This document shows, piece by piece, positions 27,646 through 37,861 of a DNA stretch of 64,000 nt. Source of the DNA: Longimicrobiales bacterium (GTDB lineage Bacteria > Gemmatimonadota > Gemmatimonadetes > Longimicrobiales > Gaopeijiaceae); contig JAWLHJ010000005.1 of assembly GCA_041690395.1 (NCBI GenBank), positions 288,001-352,000 on the forward strand, written 5' to 3'. Made by a program: the position numbers and the translations under genes. Numbering within the stretch: position 1 is the stretch's first letter; each line of letters begins with the position of its first letter. The notes beneath the pieces were generated by a model. That model was not told the DNA's origin and did no database searches. It saw only the letters and a list, made by a program, of their open reading frames with translations.

Positions 27646-28938
27646 ATGTCCGAGCAAGGCAAGTGTACCGTCATCGTCGGCTGTCAGTGGGGTGACGAGG
27701 GGAAGGGGAAGATCGTCGACGTGCTGGCCGAGGACGTGGACATCGTGGCCCGGTATCAGGGCGGGGCGAACGCCGGCCACACCGTGCACGTGGGCGAGGA
27801 CGAGTTCATCCTGCACCAGATCCCGTCGGGAGTGCTCCACGACGGCAAGCGATGCCTGCTGGGCAACGGCGTCGTGCTCGACATCCTGCAGTTCTTCGAG
27901 GAGTACGACGCTCTGCTGAAGCGCGGCCTCGACCTCGAGGGCCGGGTCGGCGTGAGCGAGCGGGCGCAGCTCCTGCTCCCGTATCACCGCTGGATGGACC
28001 GCGCGGTGGAGGACACTGCCGAGGCCCAGGACAAGATCGGCACGACCGGCCGCGGCATCGGGCCCGCCTACGAGGACAAGGCGGGACGCCGCGGCGTTCG
28101 CGTGGCCGACCTGGCCAACCCGGAGCGCCTTCGCAAGCGCGTGGATCAGGCGAAGGCCCGCATCTGCGACCGTCTCCGTGAGATGGGTGGAGGCGCGACC
28201 GACGAGCTCGACCGCGCGCTCGAGCAGGCGCTGGAGCTCGGCGAACGGCTGCTCGCCATCGCCACCGACTGCGGCCCGGAAATCACGGCCGCGCTGAAGA
28301 ACGGTCGGCGGGTGCTCCTGGAGGGCGCGCAGGGGACCGCCCTCGACCTGGACCACGGCACCTATCCGTTCGTGACGTCGTCGAACACGACCGCGGCGGC
28401 CGCGGCGACCGGGACCGGCATCGGGCCCACGGCCATCGACTCGGTCGTCGGTGTGGTGAAGGCCTACACGACGCGTGTCGGCGAGGGGCCGCTGCCGAGC
28501 GCGTTCGAGCCAGAGATGGACGAGCACATCCGTAAGCTGGGCGGAGAGTTCGGCGCCACGACGGGCCGGCCCCGCCGGTGCGGATGGTTCGACTCCGTGC
28601 TCGCCCGCCACGCGGCTCAGGTGAACGGGCTCACCGGCCTGGCCGTGACCAAGATGGACGTGCTCGACACCCTGCCGGAGCTGCAGGTCGCCACGGCGTA
28701 CCGCATGCCGGACGGGAGCGTGACGGAACGATTCCCGGCCGACACCTGGTCGCTGAGCGGACTCGAGCCCGTGTACGAGACCTTGCCCGGCTGGGAGGCG
28801 CCTACCACCGAGGCCCGGCGTCTCGAGGATCTGCCGAGGAACGCCAGGGCCTACCTCGACCGGATCGAGGAGCTGACCGGCGCGCCGGTCCAGTGGGTGA
28901 GCGTGGGCACGAAGCGGAGCCAGATCATCACGGTCTGA
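27646..28938 (+). CDS. purA: Adenylosuccinate synthetase
   Basis: QWGDEGKGK, GGANAGHT, IGTTGRGIGPAY, EGAQG, GTYPFVTSS, TTGRPRRCGWFD. Confidence 0.98.
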   Translation: MSEQGKCTVIVGCQWGDEGKGKIVDVLAEDVDIVARYQGGANAGHTVHVGEDEFILHQIPSGVLHDGKRCLLGNGVVLDILQFFEEYDALLKRGLDLEGRVGVSERAQLLLPYHRWMDRAVEDTAEAQDKIGTTGRGIGPAYEDKAGRRGVRVADLANPERLRKRVDQAKARICDRLREMGGGATDELDRALEQALELGERLLAIATDCGPEITAALKNGRRVLLEGAQGTALDLDHGTYPFVTSSNTTAAAAATGTGIGPTAIDSVVGVVKAYTTRVGEGPLPSAFEPEMDEHIRKLGGEFGATTGRPRRCGWFDSVLARHAAQVNGLTGLAVTKMDVLDTLPELQVATAYRMPDGSVTERFPADTWSLSGLEPVYETLPGWEAPTTEARRLEDLPRNARAYLDRIEELTGAPVQWVSVGTKRSQIITV

Positions 28939-28952
28939 GACGAATCCGTGCG

Positions 28953-29882
28953 CTACTCCGGCGCCGTGAGCCAGCGGTGCACGGCCCGGACGTTGAGGGG
29001 GAGCCACGCGTCGTAGTCCGCGAAGTGGCCGTACGACGGTAGGCGGATGCGCTCGGCCGCTTCATCTTCCGTCCAGCCGGTCGCTACCGCCGCCCGGACC
29101 GCGGTGGCCAGGTCGTCGTAGTACGTCAGCTGCCGCTGGATTGTCGCCCGATTTCCCGGGGCTCCGTGCCCGAACGCCATCGTCCGGAAGGGGATCTCGA
29201 GAAGCCCCGGAATGGCCCGGAACAGTCCGTCGAAGTCCCACCCCGGGAGGTCGCGCCATCCGACCCGGTCGTTGAACACGAAGTCCACGGCGAAGGCGAC
29301 GCCCACGTCGGGCACGAACGGGACGACGAGGTTGTCCGTGTGACTCGGGCCCAGGTAGTGGAGCTCGATGGCGCGCCCGCCGGGGCGGATCGTCAGCCGC
29401 TCCGAGAACGTCAGGGTCGGTGGCGGCAGCTCCGGGTCGCCGAGCGCCACGATGTGGGGGACGGCCCGCTCGTTCGCCACGATCTCCACCGAGGCGAAGC
29501 CCTGATCCATTGCCTCGACGAGGGCCGGAGCGCCCGCCGCATGGTCGTGGTCGCTGTGGCTGTAGATGATGGTGTGAAGGGGGAGTCCCGGGGCGAGGCG
29601 CCGGATCTCGTCCGCCACCACGGGCCCCGCGGCCGGCGCGAGAGGATCCACGACGACCATGCCCGCGGGGGTCGAGATCAGGAGAGCGTTGTGGCCTCCC
29701 CAGCGGAACTGGTGCACGCCCCGGGCGATCTCGGTGGTCTCCCAGTCGGGAGCCGCGGAGTCGGAACCCTGGGCCGCGAGGTCCCTGTGCGGAGACGACG
29801 CCGCGAGGGCTAGGACCAGAGCCAGGGAGGACGGGAGCGCGCGGAGCGAGACGCGGGTCCGGAGCACGGGCATGGGTCGCAT
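28953..29882 (-). CDS. Secreted metallo-beta-lactamase-fold hydrolase
   Basis: Signal peptide; YSHSDHDHAAG, GPSHT, FGHG motifs. Confidence 0.85.
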   Translation of the reverse strand: MRPMPVLRTRVSLRALPSSLALVLALAASSPHRDLAAQGSDSAAPDWETTEIARGVHQFRWGGHNALLISTPAGMVVVDPLAPAAGPVVADEIRRLAPGLPLHTIIYSHSDHDHAAGAPALVEAMDQGFASVEIVANERAVPHIVALGDPELPPPTLTFSERLTIRPGGRAIELHYLGPSHTDNLVVPFVPDVGVAFAVDFVFNDRVGWRDLPGWDFDGLFRAIPGLLEIPFRTMAFGHGAPGNRATIQRQLTYYDDLATAVRAAVATGWTEDEAAERIRLPSYGHFADYDAWLPLNVRAVHRWLTAPE

Positions 29883-29988
29883 GGAACGGAGACCTCCTTG
29901 GCGCGGCGCGGGCGGCTAGGCGAGCGCTTCACGATCCTCCCAAGCTGGGGGGCATGACCCGGGCCCGCCACCGTGTGACCTTCATGGC

Positions 29989-30861
29989 ATGAACGAATCC
30001 ACCAACGAAGCGCCGCCGCCCGCCGTGCGGCGCGTGGGGTTCCAGGGCGCGCTCGGAGCGTTCAGCGAGGAAGCGGTCCTCATCCTGGCGCCGGACGCCG
30101 AGCCGGTCCCGCGATCGACCTTCGAGGAGGTGGTCCGATCCGTGGAGCATGGTGACGACGACGTCGGGATCGTTCCGGTCGAGAACACGCTCGCCGGAAC
30201 GGTCGTCGAGGCCTACGACGCGCTGGCCGCCAGTGAGCTGACCGTCGTGGCGGAGGTGGCCATCCCCATCCGCCACTGTCTGCTCGGCGTCGCGGGCGCG
30301 AAGCTCGGCGGGCTCCGCGAGGTCCGTTCGCACCCGGTGGCGCTCGCCCAGTGCCGGAGCTTCTTCGCCGCCCACCCCGGTATCCAGGCCCGGGCGGTCT
30401 ACGATACCGCGGGGGCGGCCCTGGAGGTCGCCGAGCTCGCCGATCCGGGGTTGGCCGCGATCGCCTCCGCTAGGGCGGGGGACCGATACGGCCTCGATGT
30501 GCTGCGATGGGATCTCCAGGACCGCGACGACAACCAGACGCGCTTCTACATGATCGCCCGGGGAGGTGCGGATGCCGACGTCCGGGGGGCGGGTGAGCAG
30601 TGGGGCGCCGCGCGGCTCAAGACATCGTGCATCGCGGAGCTCGAGAATCGGCCTGGGTCCCTCCACGAGCTGCTCGGCGTCTTCGCTGCGCGCGGGCTGA
30701 GCCTGACGCACGTCACGTCACGTCCGGCGCCCACACCCTGGACCTACCGCTTCATCGTCGAGTTCGCCCACACCTCGTCCGAAGAGGCCGAGGCCGCGCT
30801 CGAGGACGCCCGCGCCCTCACTACGAAGCTCCGGGTTCTGGGGACGTTCGCGGCAGGTTGA
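29989..30861 (+). CDS. pheA: Prephenate dehydratase (PDT + ACT domain)
   Basis: FQGALGAFSEEA, VPVENT, SHPVALAQC, DNQTRF, ACT domain ...SRP. Confidence 0.92.
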   Translation: MNESTNEAPPPAVRRVGFQGALGAFSEEAVLILAPDAEPVPRSTFEEVVRSVEHGDDDVGIVPVENTLAGTVVEAYDALAASELTVVAEVAIPIRHCLLGVAGAKLGGLREVRSHPVALAQCRSFFAAHPGIQARAVYDTAGAALEVAELADPGLAAIASARAGDRYGLDVLRWDLQDRDDNQTRFYMIARGGADADVRGAGEQWGAARLKTSCIAELENRPGSLHELLGVFAARGLSLTHVTSRPAPTPWTYRFIVEFAHTSSEEAEAALEDARALTTKLRVLGTFAAG

Positions 30862-30990
30862 CCGCAACAGCCGTCCGGCGGTGCGCACCGTGAATCTTTC
30901 TTCATCGTTCATTCACCTTGCTTTCACCGGCGCGGTGATTGATTGGACGGTTATCGGTACCCATCTGGACACGCCCTCCCGGAGCCATGC

Positions 30991-31380
30991 ATGAACGCGT
31001 TCGCCCGTTTCCTCTCTGTTCCGCTGCTGACCCTCGCTCTGCTCGCGCTGTCGAGCGACGCTCCGGCAGAGGCCGCCGTTCACTTCGGGTTGGACCGCTC
31101 CACACCGGAAGCGGGTTCCTCCGTGGCTGCGCCTTCCCAGGTGAAGCTGTGGTTCACCGAGGAGCCGCAGGACGGTACGGTATCCATCCGTCTGCTCGAG
31201 GCGGACGACGCGGGCATCCATGTGATGGACGCGGTGCAGGATCCCGAAGCCCCGAACGCGTTCTCGGTCGCCCTTCACGGCACCGTTCCCGCCGGCACGT
31301 ACACGGTGTCGTGGCGAGGCATGGGTGCGGACGGCCACGTCGTCCGGGACACCTTCCAGTTCACCGTGGCATCTCGCTGA
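30991..31380 (+). CDS. copC: CopC family periplasmic copper-binding protein
   Basis: Signal peptide followed by His near the mature N-terminus; LWFTEEP; GTYTVSWRGMGADGHV. Confidence 0.88.
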   Translation: MNAFARFLSVPLLTLALLALSSDAPAEAAVHFGLDRSTPEAGSSVAAPSQVKLWFTEEPQDGTVSIRLLEADDAGIHVMDAVQDPEAPNAFSVALHGTVPAGTYTVSWRGMGADGHVVRDTFQFTVASR

Positions 31381-31400
31381 CCTGTCTCCGGAGGACGATC

Positions 31401-31865
31401 ATGAAGGACTCCATGACCCGACACGCCGGCCTCTGGTCGGCGCTGACCGTAGCCGCTCTCGGCTTCACCCTGGAGGTATCGGCCCAAGCTCCGGCGGAGT
31501 CCGAGGTCGAAGCCGTCGTAACCGCCTACCACGAGGCCCTCGCCGCCGGGGACTCCGTCGGTGCCCTCGCCCTGCTCGCCGACGACGTGGTCATCCTGGA
31601 GAGCGGAGGGATGGAGACGAAGGAGCACTACCGCTCCGGGCATCTCGCGGGCGACATGCGATTCGCACAGGCGGTTCCCAGGGAGAGGGGCGCGATGTCG
31701 GTCGAGATCGTGGGCGATGTCGCGTGGGCCTGGTCGACCAGCGTGACGACGGGCAGGATGGGGGAGCGTGAGATCGACGCCCAGGGGGCGGAGCTCATGG
31801 TGCTGGCTCGCCAGGCCGGCGTCTGGCGCATCAAGGCGATTCACTGGTCATCGAGAGCACGTTAG
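31401..31865 (+). CDS. Secreted NTF2/SnoaL-like (DUF4440) protein
   Basis: AYHEALAAGD...LLADDVVILESGG...WRIKAIHWSSR. Signal peptide. GGAGG RBS. Confidence 0.8.
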   Translation: MKDSMTRHAGLWSALTVAALGFTLEVSAQAPAESEVEAVVTAYHEALAAGDSVGALALLADDVVILESGGMETKEHYRSGHLAGDMRFAQAVPRERGAMSVEIVGDVAWAWSTSVTTGRMGEREIDAQGAELMVLARQAGVWRIKAIHWSSRAR

Positions 31866-31875
31866 AGGAGAGCCG

Positions 31876-32355
31876 ATGATGCCGAGACATGTGCTGGTGC
31901 CACTGATGGTGTTGTCGCTCGGCTGTGCCGCCGAGCCCGTCGACACGAGCCACCACGATCCCGCGATGATCGAGGCCATCCTGGAGGACGTCCGGGTCGG
32001 GTGGGAGCAAGGGGATGGGGCACCCTTCTACGAGCACTTCCTGGATTGGGAGGGGGCCCGCTACTTCGAGGGCGGGGGTGAGAACGTCGGTCTTCGTGAC
32101 CTGGTCGAGAACCACGTCGAGCCCGAGGCGGAGTTGGGGCTGCAGCTGGACTTCACCAACGTCCAGACCCATTTCGAGGACGACTTCGCCTGGGCCGTCG
32201 TCGACACCGAGATCCGCCTCACGACGAGCGACGGACGCGACATCCACAATCGGGGGCACGGCACGTACCTCCTCCGTTGGGTCGACGGGGCGTGGAAGGT
32301 GGTGCACACGCAGTCGGGGAGCTCCCCGGTCTCGTCGGAAGGGTCCGAAGGGTAG
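31876..32355 (+). CDS. NTF2/SnoaL-like lipoprotein
   Basis: LSLGC lipobox; FEGGG...FAWAVVD...GAWKVVHTQS. Confidence 0.75.
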   Translation: MMPRHVLVPLMVLSLGCAAEPVDTSHHDPAMIEAILEDVRVGWEQGDGAPFYEHFLDWEGARYFEGGGENVGLRDLVENHVEPEAELGLQLDFTNVQTHFEDDFAWAVVDTEIRLTTSDGRDIHNRGHGTYLLRWVDGAWKVVHTQSGSSPVSSEGSEG

Positions 32356-32421
32356 GTTGCCCGGCGCGGTGCCCCCGCGCTAGTCTGCCCGCGCTTCCCG
32401 ACCCTTCTGCGCGAGGCAGAC

Positions 32422-32736
32422 ATGACCGATTCCCGCCGTCCCCGCGAGTCCGAGGCCGATCCCGAGGTCCGGGCCAGACACGAAGCCTACTGGAAGCGGA
32501 ACGTCCGCTACGTCGCCGGGCTGCTCGTGGTCTGGTTCACCGTGTCGTACGGCTTCGGCATCGTTCTCGCGGAGCCGTTGAACGCCGTCAACGTGCCCGG
32601 CACGGGCTACCCCCTCGGGTTCTGGTTCGCGCAGCAGGGCTCCATCTACGTGTTCGTGGTCCTCATCTTCGCGTACGTCGTGCTCATGAACCGGCTCGAC
32701 CGGGAGTTCGACGTCGACGAGGGAGGTGAGGCGTGA
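32422..32736 (+). CDS. DUF4212 small subunit of a sodium:solute symporter
   Basis: AYWKRNVR, WFTVSYG, PLGFWFAQQGSI. Confidence 0.9.
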   Translation: MTDSRRPRESEADPEVRARHEAYWKRNVRYVAGLLVVWFTVSYGFGIVLAEPLNAVNVPGTGYPLGFWFAQQGSIYVFVVLIFAYVVLMNRLDREFDVDEGGEA

Positions 32737-34436
32737 ACGTCCAGGCGTGGACCTTCCTGCTGGTCGCGGCCTCGTTCGCCCTCTACATCGGGATCGCGGT
32801 GTGGTCGCGAGCCTCCACCACGAAGGACTTCTACGTCGCGGGCACCGGCGTCTCTCCGCTCGCCAACGGGATGGCCACCGCCGCGGACTGGATGAGCGCG
32901 GCGTCGTTCATCTCCATGGCCGGGCTCATCTCGTTCATGGGATACGACGGCTCGGTCTACCTGATGGGGTGGACCGGCGGTTACGTGCTGCTCGCGCTCC
33001 TCCTGGCGCCTTACCTGCGCAAGTACGGGGCGTTCACCGTGCCCGACTTCGTGGGCGACCGGTACTACTCGCAGACGGCCCGGATCGTCGCCGTGGTGTG
33101 CGCGATCTTCGTGTCGTTCACGTACGTGGCCGGTCAGATGCGGGGTGTGGGCATCGTCTTCAGCCGCTTCCTCGAGGTCGAGGTCACGACGGGCGTGCTC
33201 ATCGGCATGGCGATCGTCTTCTTCTACGCCGTGCTCGGGGGCATGAAGGGCATCACCTACACCCAGGTCGCTCAGTACTGCGTGCTCATCTTCGCGTACA
33301 TGGTCCCGGCCATCTTCCTGTCGCTGATGATCACCGGCAACCCGGTGCCACAACTCGGCCTCGGCGGCATCGATCAGGCGTCGGGTCTGCCCCTCCTCGA
33401 GCGGCTCAACGGCCTGCACCAGGAGCTCGGCTTCGCGCCGTACACCGACGGCACCAAGTCCACGCTCGACGTCTTCTTCATCACCGCGGCGCTCATGGTG
33501 GGCACCGCCGGCTTGCCGCACGTCATCATCCGCTTCTACACCGTTCCGCGCGTGCGCGACGCCCGCATCAGCGTGGGGTGGGCCCTCATCTTCATCGCGC
33601 TCCTCTACACCACCGCCCCCGCGGTGGCGGTGTTCGCCCGCGCCAACCTCATCCAGAGCGTGTCGGAGACGCCCGTCGACCAGGTGCCCGAGTGGTTCAC
33701 CAACTGGGAGCGGACCGGGCTCGTGAGCCATGAGGACCTGAACGGCGACGGCCTCATCCAGTTCACCGGCCCGGCGTCTCCCGTCGCCAACGAGCTGACC
33801 GTCGACCAGGACATCATGGTGCTCGCCAATCCCGAGATCGCCGCGCTTCCCGATTGGGTGGTCGGGCTCGTCGCGGCCGGCGGGTTGGCTGCGGCGCTCT
33901 CGACCGCGGCCGGGTTGCTGCTGGTGGTATCGTCGGCGGTCAGTCACGACCTGCTCAAGCGCGCCATCAAGCCGGACATCACCGAGAAGGGCGAGCTCGT
34001 GGCCGCGCGGGTCGCCGCCGGCTTCGCCGTGCTCGTGGCGGGTTACCTGGGGATCAACCCACCGGGCTTCGTGGCCCAGGTGGTGGCGTTCGCGTTCGGG
34101 CTGGCCGCCTCCTCGTTCTTCCCGGTCATCATCCTGGGGATCTTCTCGAGGCGCACCACGCGCGAAGGGGCGATCCTCGGCATGATCACGGGGATCACGT
34201 TCACCGCCGCCTACATCGTCTGGTTCAAGTTCGTGCACCCGGAGCTGAACACCGCCGACCATTGGTGGCTCGGCATCAGTCCGGAGGGGATCGGCACCTT
34301 GGGCATGCTCCTGAACTTCGCCGTCACGCTCACCGTGTCGCGCTTCACGCCGGAGCCGCCCATTCAGGTGCAGGTGCTGGTGGACCTCATCCGGGTGCCG
34401 CGCGGGGCGGGGGAGGCGCATGAGATCGAAGCGTGA
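32733..34436 (+). CDS. Sodium:solute symporter (ActP-like)
   Basis: NGMATAADWMSAASFIS, LGGMKGITYTQVAQY, GTAGLPHVIIRFYT. Confidence 0.93.
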   Translation: MNVQAWTFLLVAASFALYIGIAVWSRASTTKDFYVAGTGVSPLANGMATAADWMSAASFISMAGLISFMGYDGSVYLMGWTGGYVLLALLLAPYLRKYGAFTVPDFVGDRYYSQTARIVAVVCAIFVSFTYVAGQMRGVGIVFSRFLEVEVTTGVLIGMAIVFFYAVLGGMKGITYTQVAQYCVLIFAYMVPAIFLSLMITGNPVPQLGLGGIDQASGLPLLERLNGLHQELGFAPYTDGTKSTLDVFFITAALMVGTAGLPHVIIRFYTVPRVRDARISVGWALIFIALLYTTAPAVAVFARANLIQSVSETPVDQVPEWFTNWERTGLVSHEDLNGDGLIQFTGPASPVANELTVDQDIMVLANPEIAALPDWVVGLVAAGGLAAALSTAAGLLLVVSSAVSHDLLKRAIKPDITEKGELVAARVAAGFAVLVAGYLGINPPGFVAQVVAFAFGLAASSFFPVIILGIFSRRTTREGAILGMITGITFTAAYIVWFKFVHPELNTADHWWLGISPEGIGTLGMLLNFAVTLTVSRFTPEPPIQVQVLVDLIRVPRGAGEAHEIEA

Positions 34437-35205
34437 GGAGAACGAGGTGCCCGACGCCCGGACCGAGGAGGACGTGCGGGAGTTCTGGGACGCCGTGGCG
34501 AAGGACTGGCGCATCCAGGTCGGAACGGAGGGTGACAGGAACCGCCGCTTCAACTCCGACCCGGTCCTCTGGGATCTCCTGGGAGACGTGAGCGGGAAGG
34601 ACGTGCTCGACGCGGGCTGCGGCACGGGATATCTGTCGGCCAGGCTGCGGGACCGGGGTGCTCGGGTCGTGGGCGTGGACATCTCGGCCGAGATGACCGC
34701 TATCGCGCGTGCCGACCACCCCGATATCGACTTCCGGACGGAGTCGGTGGCCGCGCTCCCGTCCATCCAGGACGACACTTTCGACTCGGTGGTCTCGAAC
34801 TACGTCCTCATGGATGCGCCGGACCTCGAGGCGACGGTCCGGTCCCTATACCGGGTGCTCCGGCCCGGCGGCGTCGCCGTGCTGATCTTCTCGCACCCCT
34901 GCTTTCCCCAGGGCCGGCGCAACGAATTGGTGGACCGGTCGACCGTGACGTACACGTGGGACTTCCCGTACTTCGAGCAGCGGCGGCAGGTCGATCCGCC
35001 CTGGGGCCACTTCGAGCGGGAGTTCATCTGGTTCCATCGCCCGCTGTCCGACTACTGGAAGGCGTTCAAGGCCGCCGGCTTCGTGGTGGAGGACTTCGAG
35101 GAGCCGCGCATCGCCCCGGAGCGCTACGGGGCGACGCCGTCGGCCGAGATGCTCAGGAAGCTGCGGGAGCGCCCGTACTCGGTGGCGTTCAGGCTGCGGA
35201 AGTAG
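34420..35205 (+). CDS. Class I SAM-dependent methyltransferase
   Basis: VLDAGCGTG, GVDIS, FDSVVS, RVLRPGG. Alternative GTG start at 34447. Confidence 0.9.
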   Translation: MRSKREENEVPDARTEEDVREFWDAVAKDWRIQVGTEGDRNRRFNSDPVLWDLLGDVSGKDVLDAGCGTGYLSARLRDRGARVVGVDISAEMTAIARADHPDIDFRTESVAALPSIQDDTFDSVVSNYVLMDAPDLEATVRSLYRVLRPGGVAVLIFSHPCFPQGRRNELVDRSTVTYTWDFPYFEQRRQVDPPWGHFEREFIWFHRPLSDYWKAFKAAGFVVEDFEEPRIAPERYGATPSAEMLRKLRERPYSVAFRLRK

Positions 35206-35215
35206 TCTCCTCGAC

Positions 35216-37861
35216 TCACTCCTCCCGCAGCACCGCAGCCGGATCCACCCGCGCCGCGCCGACGGCCGGCACCAGACACGCGACGCCCGAGACGGCCACG
35301 AGCAGCACCGCGGCTGCCGCCAACGCCAGCGGATCGCGCGGCTCGACCTCGTAGAGCAGCGCGGAGAGGCCACCCGTCAGCGGCAGGGTGGCCAGGAGGC
35401 CGACGGCGAGCCCCGCGAGCGTGAGCCGGAGCCCCTGCCAGACCGTGCGGCCGATCACCGAGCCGGGTGCGCCGCCCAGGGCGAGCCGGACGGCGATGTC
35501 GGACCGCCTGCGCTGCACGAAGTGCGCGGTGATGCCGTACAGACCGATGACCGCCAGGGCGAGCGCGACCGCGGAGAAGGTGCCGAGCAGGAGGGACAGA
35601 TGGCGCGGGCGGGTGAACGAGTCGTGTAGGAGGCTCGCACCCGTGGCCATGGAGACGATGGGCACCGAGGGGTCGGTCTGCCGGAGCGCCTCACGAACTG
35701 CCGAGGCCGCCGTCCCGGGATCGCCGGAGGTCCGGACGATGAGCCAGGCGTTGACCAGCCCCGCGCGCGTCGGCTCGTACATGGCGCCGAGCGGGCTCGT
35801 GCCCACCCCCTGGTACGGGACGGTCGAGGCCACGCCGACGATGGTCGTTCGCGGCCCGGACGTCCGGCCTCCGGCGTACAAACGGCGGCCCACCGGGCTC
35901 TCTCCCGGATAGTGGAGGCGCGCCCAGACCTCGTCCACGACGACCACGGGGGGCGCCCCCTCGTCGAGATCACCGGCCCCGAAGCCGCGCCCTTCGACGA
36001 TCGGGATCCCCATGACGTCGAAGTACGAGCGGTCGACGGTGATCCAGGGAGCCACCGGCTCCGACTCTCCGGCCGGAGGGGGCCGGTCCTCGAGCCGGAA
36101 GTTGTTGACGTTGCCGACATCGTCCGGGGGGCGCTCGCTCGACAGGGTCACGCCGGCGACCCCGGGGATGGCCGCCAGGCTCGAGATGGCCGGCTCCCAG
36201 AAGTCCGCCCGACGCCCCCCGTTCGCGTAACGCGTGGGGCCCAGCGCGACGTTCACCATGAGGAGCTCCTCGGCGGCGTAACCCGGCTCGACGTCCTGGA
36301 GCTTGGCGAAGCTCGCCAGGAGGAGCGTGGTGCCGACCAAGAGCGGCGTGACGACGGCGAGCTGTCCGGCCACGAGCAGGCGCTGGGTGCGCTGCTGCGA
36401 GCGTCCGTCCGTCGACGAGCGGCCGCCCGAGCGGAGGTCCGCGCCCAGGTGGACGTCCTTCCGTCCGTGGATCGCCGGGACGATCGCGAACAGGAACGTG
36501 GCCATGCCGGCCAGCCCGGACGCGAATGCGACCGTGTACCCTCCGAGCGTGGCCTCCCCGGCCCGGGGGAGCCAATCTCCCGCGACCACGGGCAGCGCGC
36601 GGATGCCGACGTAGGCCGACGCCAGGCCCAGCGCGCCGCCGAGCCCCGCGAGCCAGGCGCTCTCCGCCGCGAGGTGCCACCAGATGCGCCCGTCGGAGGC
36701 CCCGAGCGCGCGCCGAACGGCCATCTCGCGGGCTCGCGACCCGAATCGGGCGAGCAGGAGGTTGACCGCGTTGGTGACGGCGATCAGCAACATGAGCCCC
36801 ACGGCTCCCATCAGTACGCCGAGTAGCGGTCCGGCCTCACCGCGCGCATAGGCGGTGACGTCCTCGAGGCCCCAGCTTGCCCTCCGGTCCTGGTAGCTGT
36901 CGGCCCAGAGGGGAAACAGCTCCTCGTTCAGCGCGCGCAGCTCCGTCCGAGCCGCGGCGGGCTCCACGCCCGGAGCCAGGCGGCCGAACACGGTCAGGAA
37001 GAACGGGCCCTTACGCGATGGCGGCTCGAGCCGCAGCGTCGGCACGATCTCGCTGCCGCGGGCGAGAGGCCCGAGGTCCGGGGGCAGGATGCCGATGACC
37101 TCCCAGGGCTGGTCGTCGAGCGTCAGGGTGCGGCCGATGGCGTCCGCCGGCGTCGCCACGCCCATCCGGCGCTCGGCGAACCCGGCGGTGACCATGACCG
37201 TGGCCGGTGCGTCCGGAGCGCCCTCCGCCCGGGTGGGCGTCCGGCCCCAGCGCGGCGCGAGACCCCAGGTCTCGAGCAGGCCGGGCGTCGCCTCGACGAC
37301 GCGCATCAGCTCCACCCCGCCATCGCCGGCGAGGGCCCGCGACGCGTTTCGGTAGGCGCCCACGCGCTCGAACGAAGTCTGTCGCGCCTCGAGCGCCTGG
37401 AAGTCGACGACGGAGAAGGGGAAGCGGTTCGGCGGAGCGTCGGTGTAGATCCGCGCGACCCGGTCGGCGTCGGGGTAGGGCAGCGGGCTCAGGTAGAGGG
37501 CCTCCACCATGGAAAAGACGACGGCGCAGCCCGCGATCCCCAGGGCGAGGGTGGCGACGATCGTCAGGGAGAGCACCGGGGATGACGCCAGGCCCCGCCC
37601 GGCGCGTCGAAGCTCACCGTCCCCGCCTCCCGGGAGGCGGGCGGTCGCGCGCACACGTCGCAGCGCGAGCAGGACCGGGTAGCGTCGGAGCTGCCGCAGG
37701 TAGCGTCGGTCGGCCTCGGGCACGCCGTGCCGCGCCGCGACGGCCGCGTGCAGCTCCGCGAGCTCGGCCAGGACGAGCCGACGCTCCCGCTCGTCGATGA
37801 GCCTGGCGAGCGCCCAGGCGATCGGGCCGGGGACCGGGGGCGGCGATCCTGGCCCGCTCAT
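35216..37861 (-). CDS. ADOP-type duplicated ABC permease
   Basis: TLALGIAG, LLIAVTNAVNLLL, REMAVRRALGA, AVRLALG, ends VDPAAVLREE. ATGA overlap with the PadR stop. Confidence 0.9.
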   Translation of the reverse strand: MSGPGSPPPVPGPIAWALARLIDERERRLVLAELAELHAAVAARHGVPEADRRYLRQLRRYPVLLALRRVRATARLPGGGDGELRRAGRGLASSPVLSLTIVATLALGIAGCAVVFSMVEALYLSPLPYPDADRVARIYTDAPPNRFPFSVVDFQALEARQTSFERVGAYRNASRALAGDGGVELMRVVEATPGLLETWGLAPRWGRTPTRAEGAPDAPATVMVTAGFAERRMGVATPADAIGRTLTLDDQPWEVIGILPPDLGPLARGSEIVPTLRLEPPSRKGPFFLTVFGRLAPGVEPAAARTELRALNEELFPLWADSYQDRRASWGLEDVTAYARGEAGPLLGVLMGAVGLMLLIAVTNAVNLLLARFGSRAREMAVRRALGASDGRIWWHLAAESAWLAGLGGALGLASAYVGIRALPVVAGDWLPRAGEATLGGYTVAFASGLAGMATFLFAIVPAIHGRKDVHLGADLRSGGRSSTDGRSQQRTQRLLVAGQLAVVTPLLVGTTLLLASFAKLQDVEPGYAAEELLMVNVALGPTRYANGGRRADFWEPAISSLAAIPGVAGVTLSSERPPDDVGNVNNFRLEDRPPPAGESEPVAPWITVDRSYFDVMGIPIVEGRGFGAGDLDEGAPPVVVVDEVWARLHYPGESPVGRRLYAGGRTSGPRTTIVGVASTVPYQGVGTSPLGAMYEPTRAGLVNAWLIVRTSGDPGTAASAVREALRQTDPSVPIVSMATGASLLHDSFTRPRHLSLLLGTFSAVALALAVIGLYGITAHFVQRRRSDIAVRLALGGAPGSVIGRTVWQGLRLTLAGLAVGLLATLPLTGGLSALLYEVEPRDPLALAAAAVLLVAVSGVACLVPAVGAARVDPAAVLREE

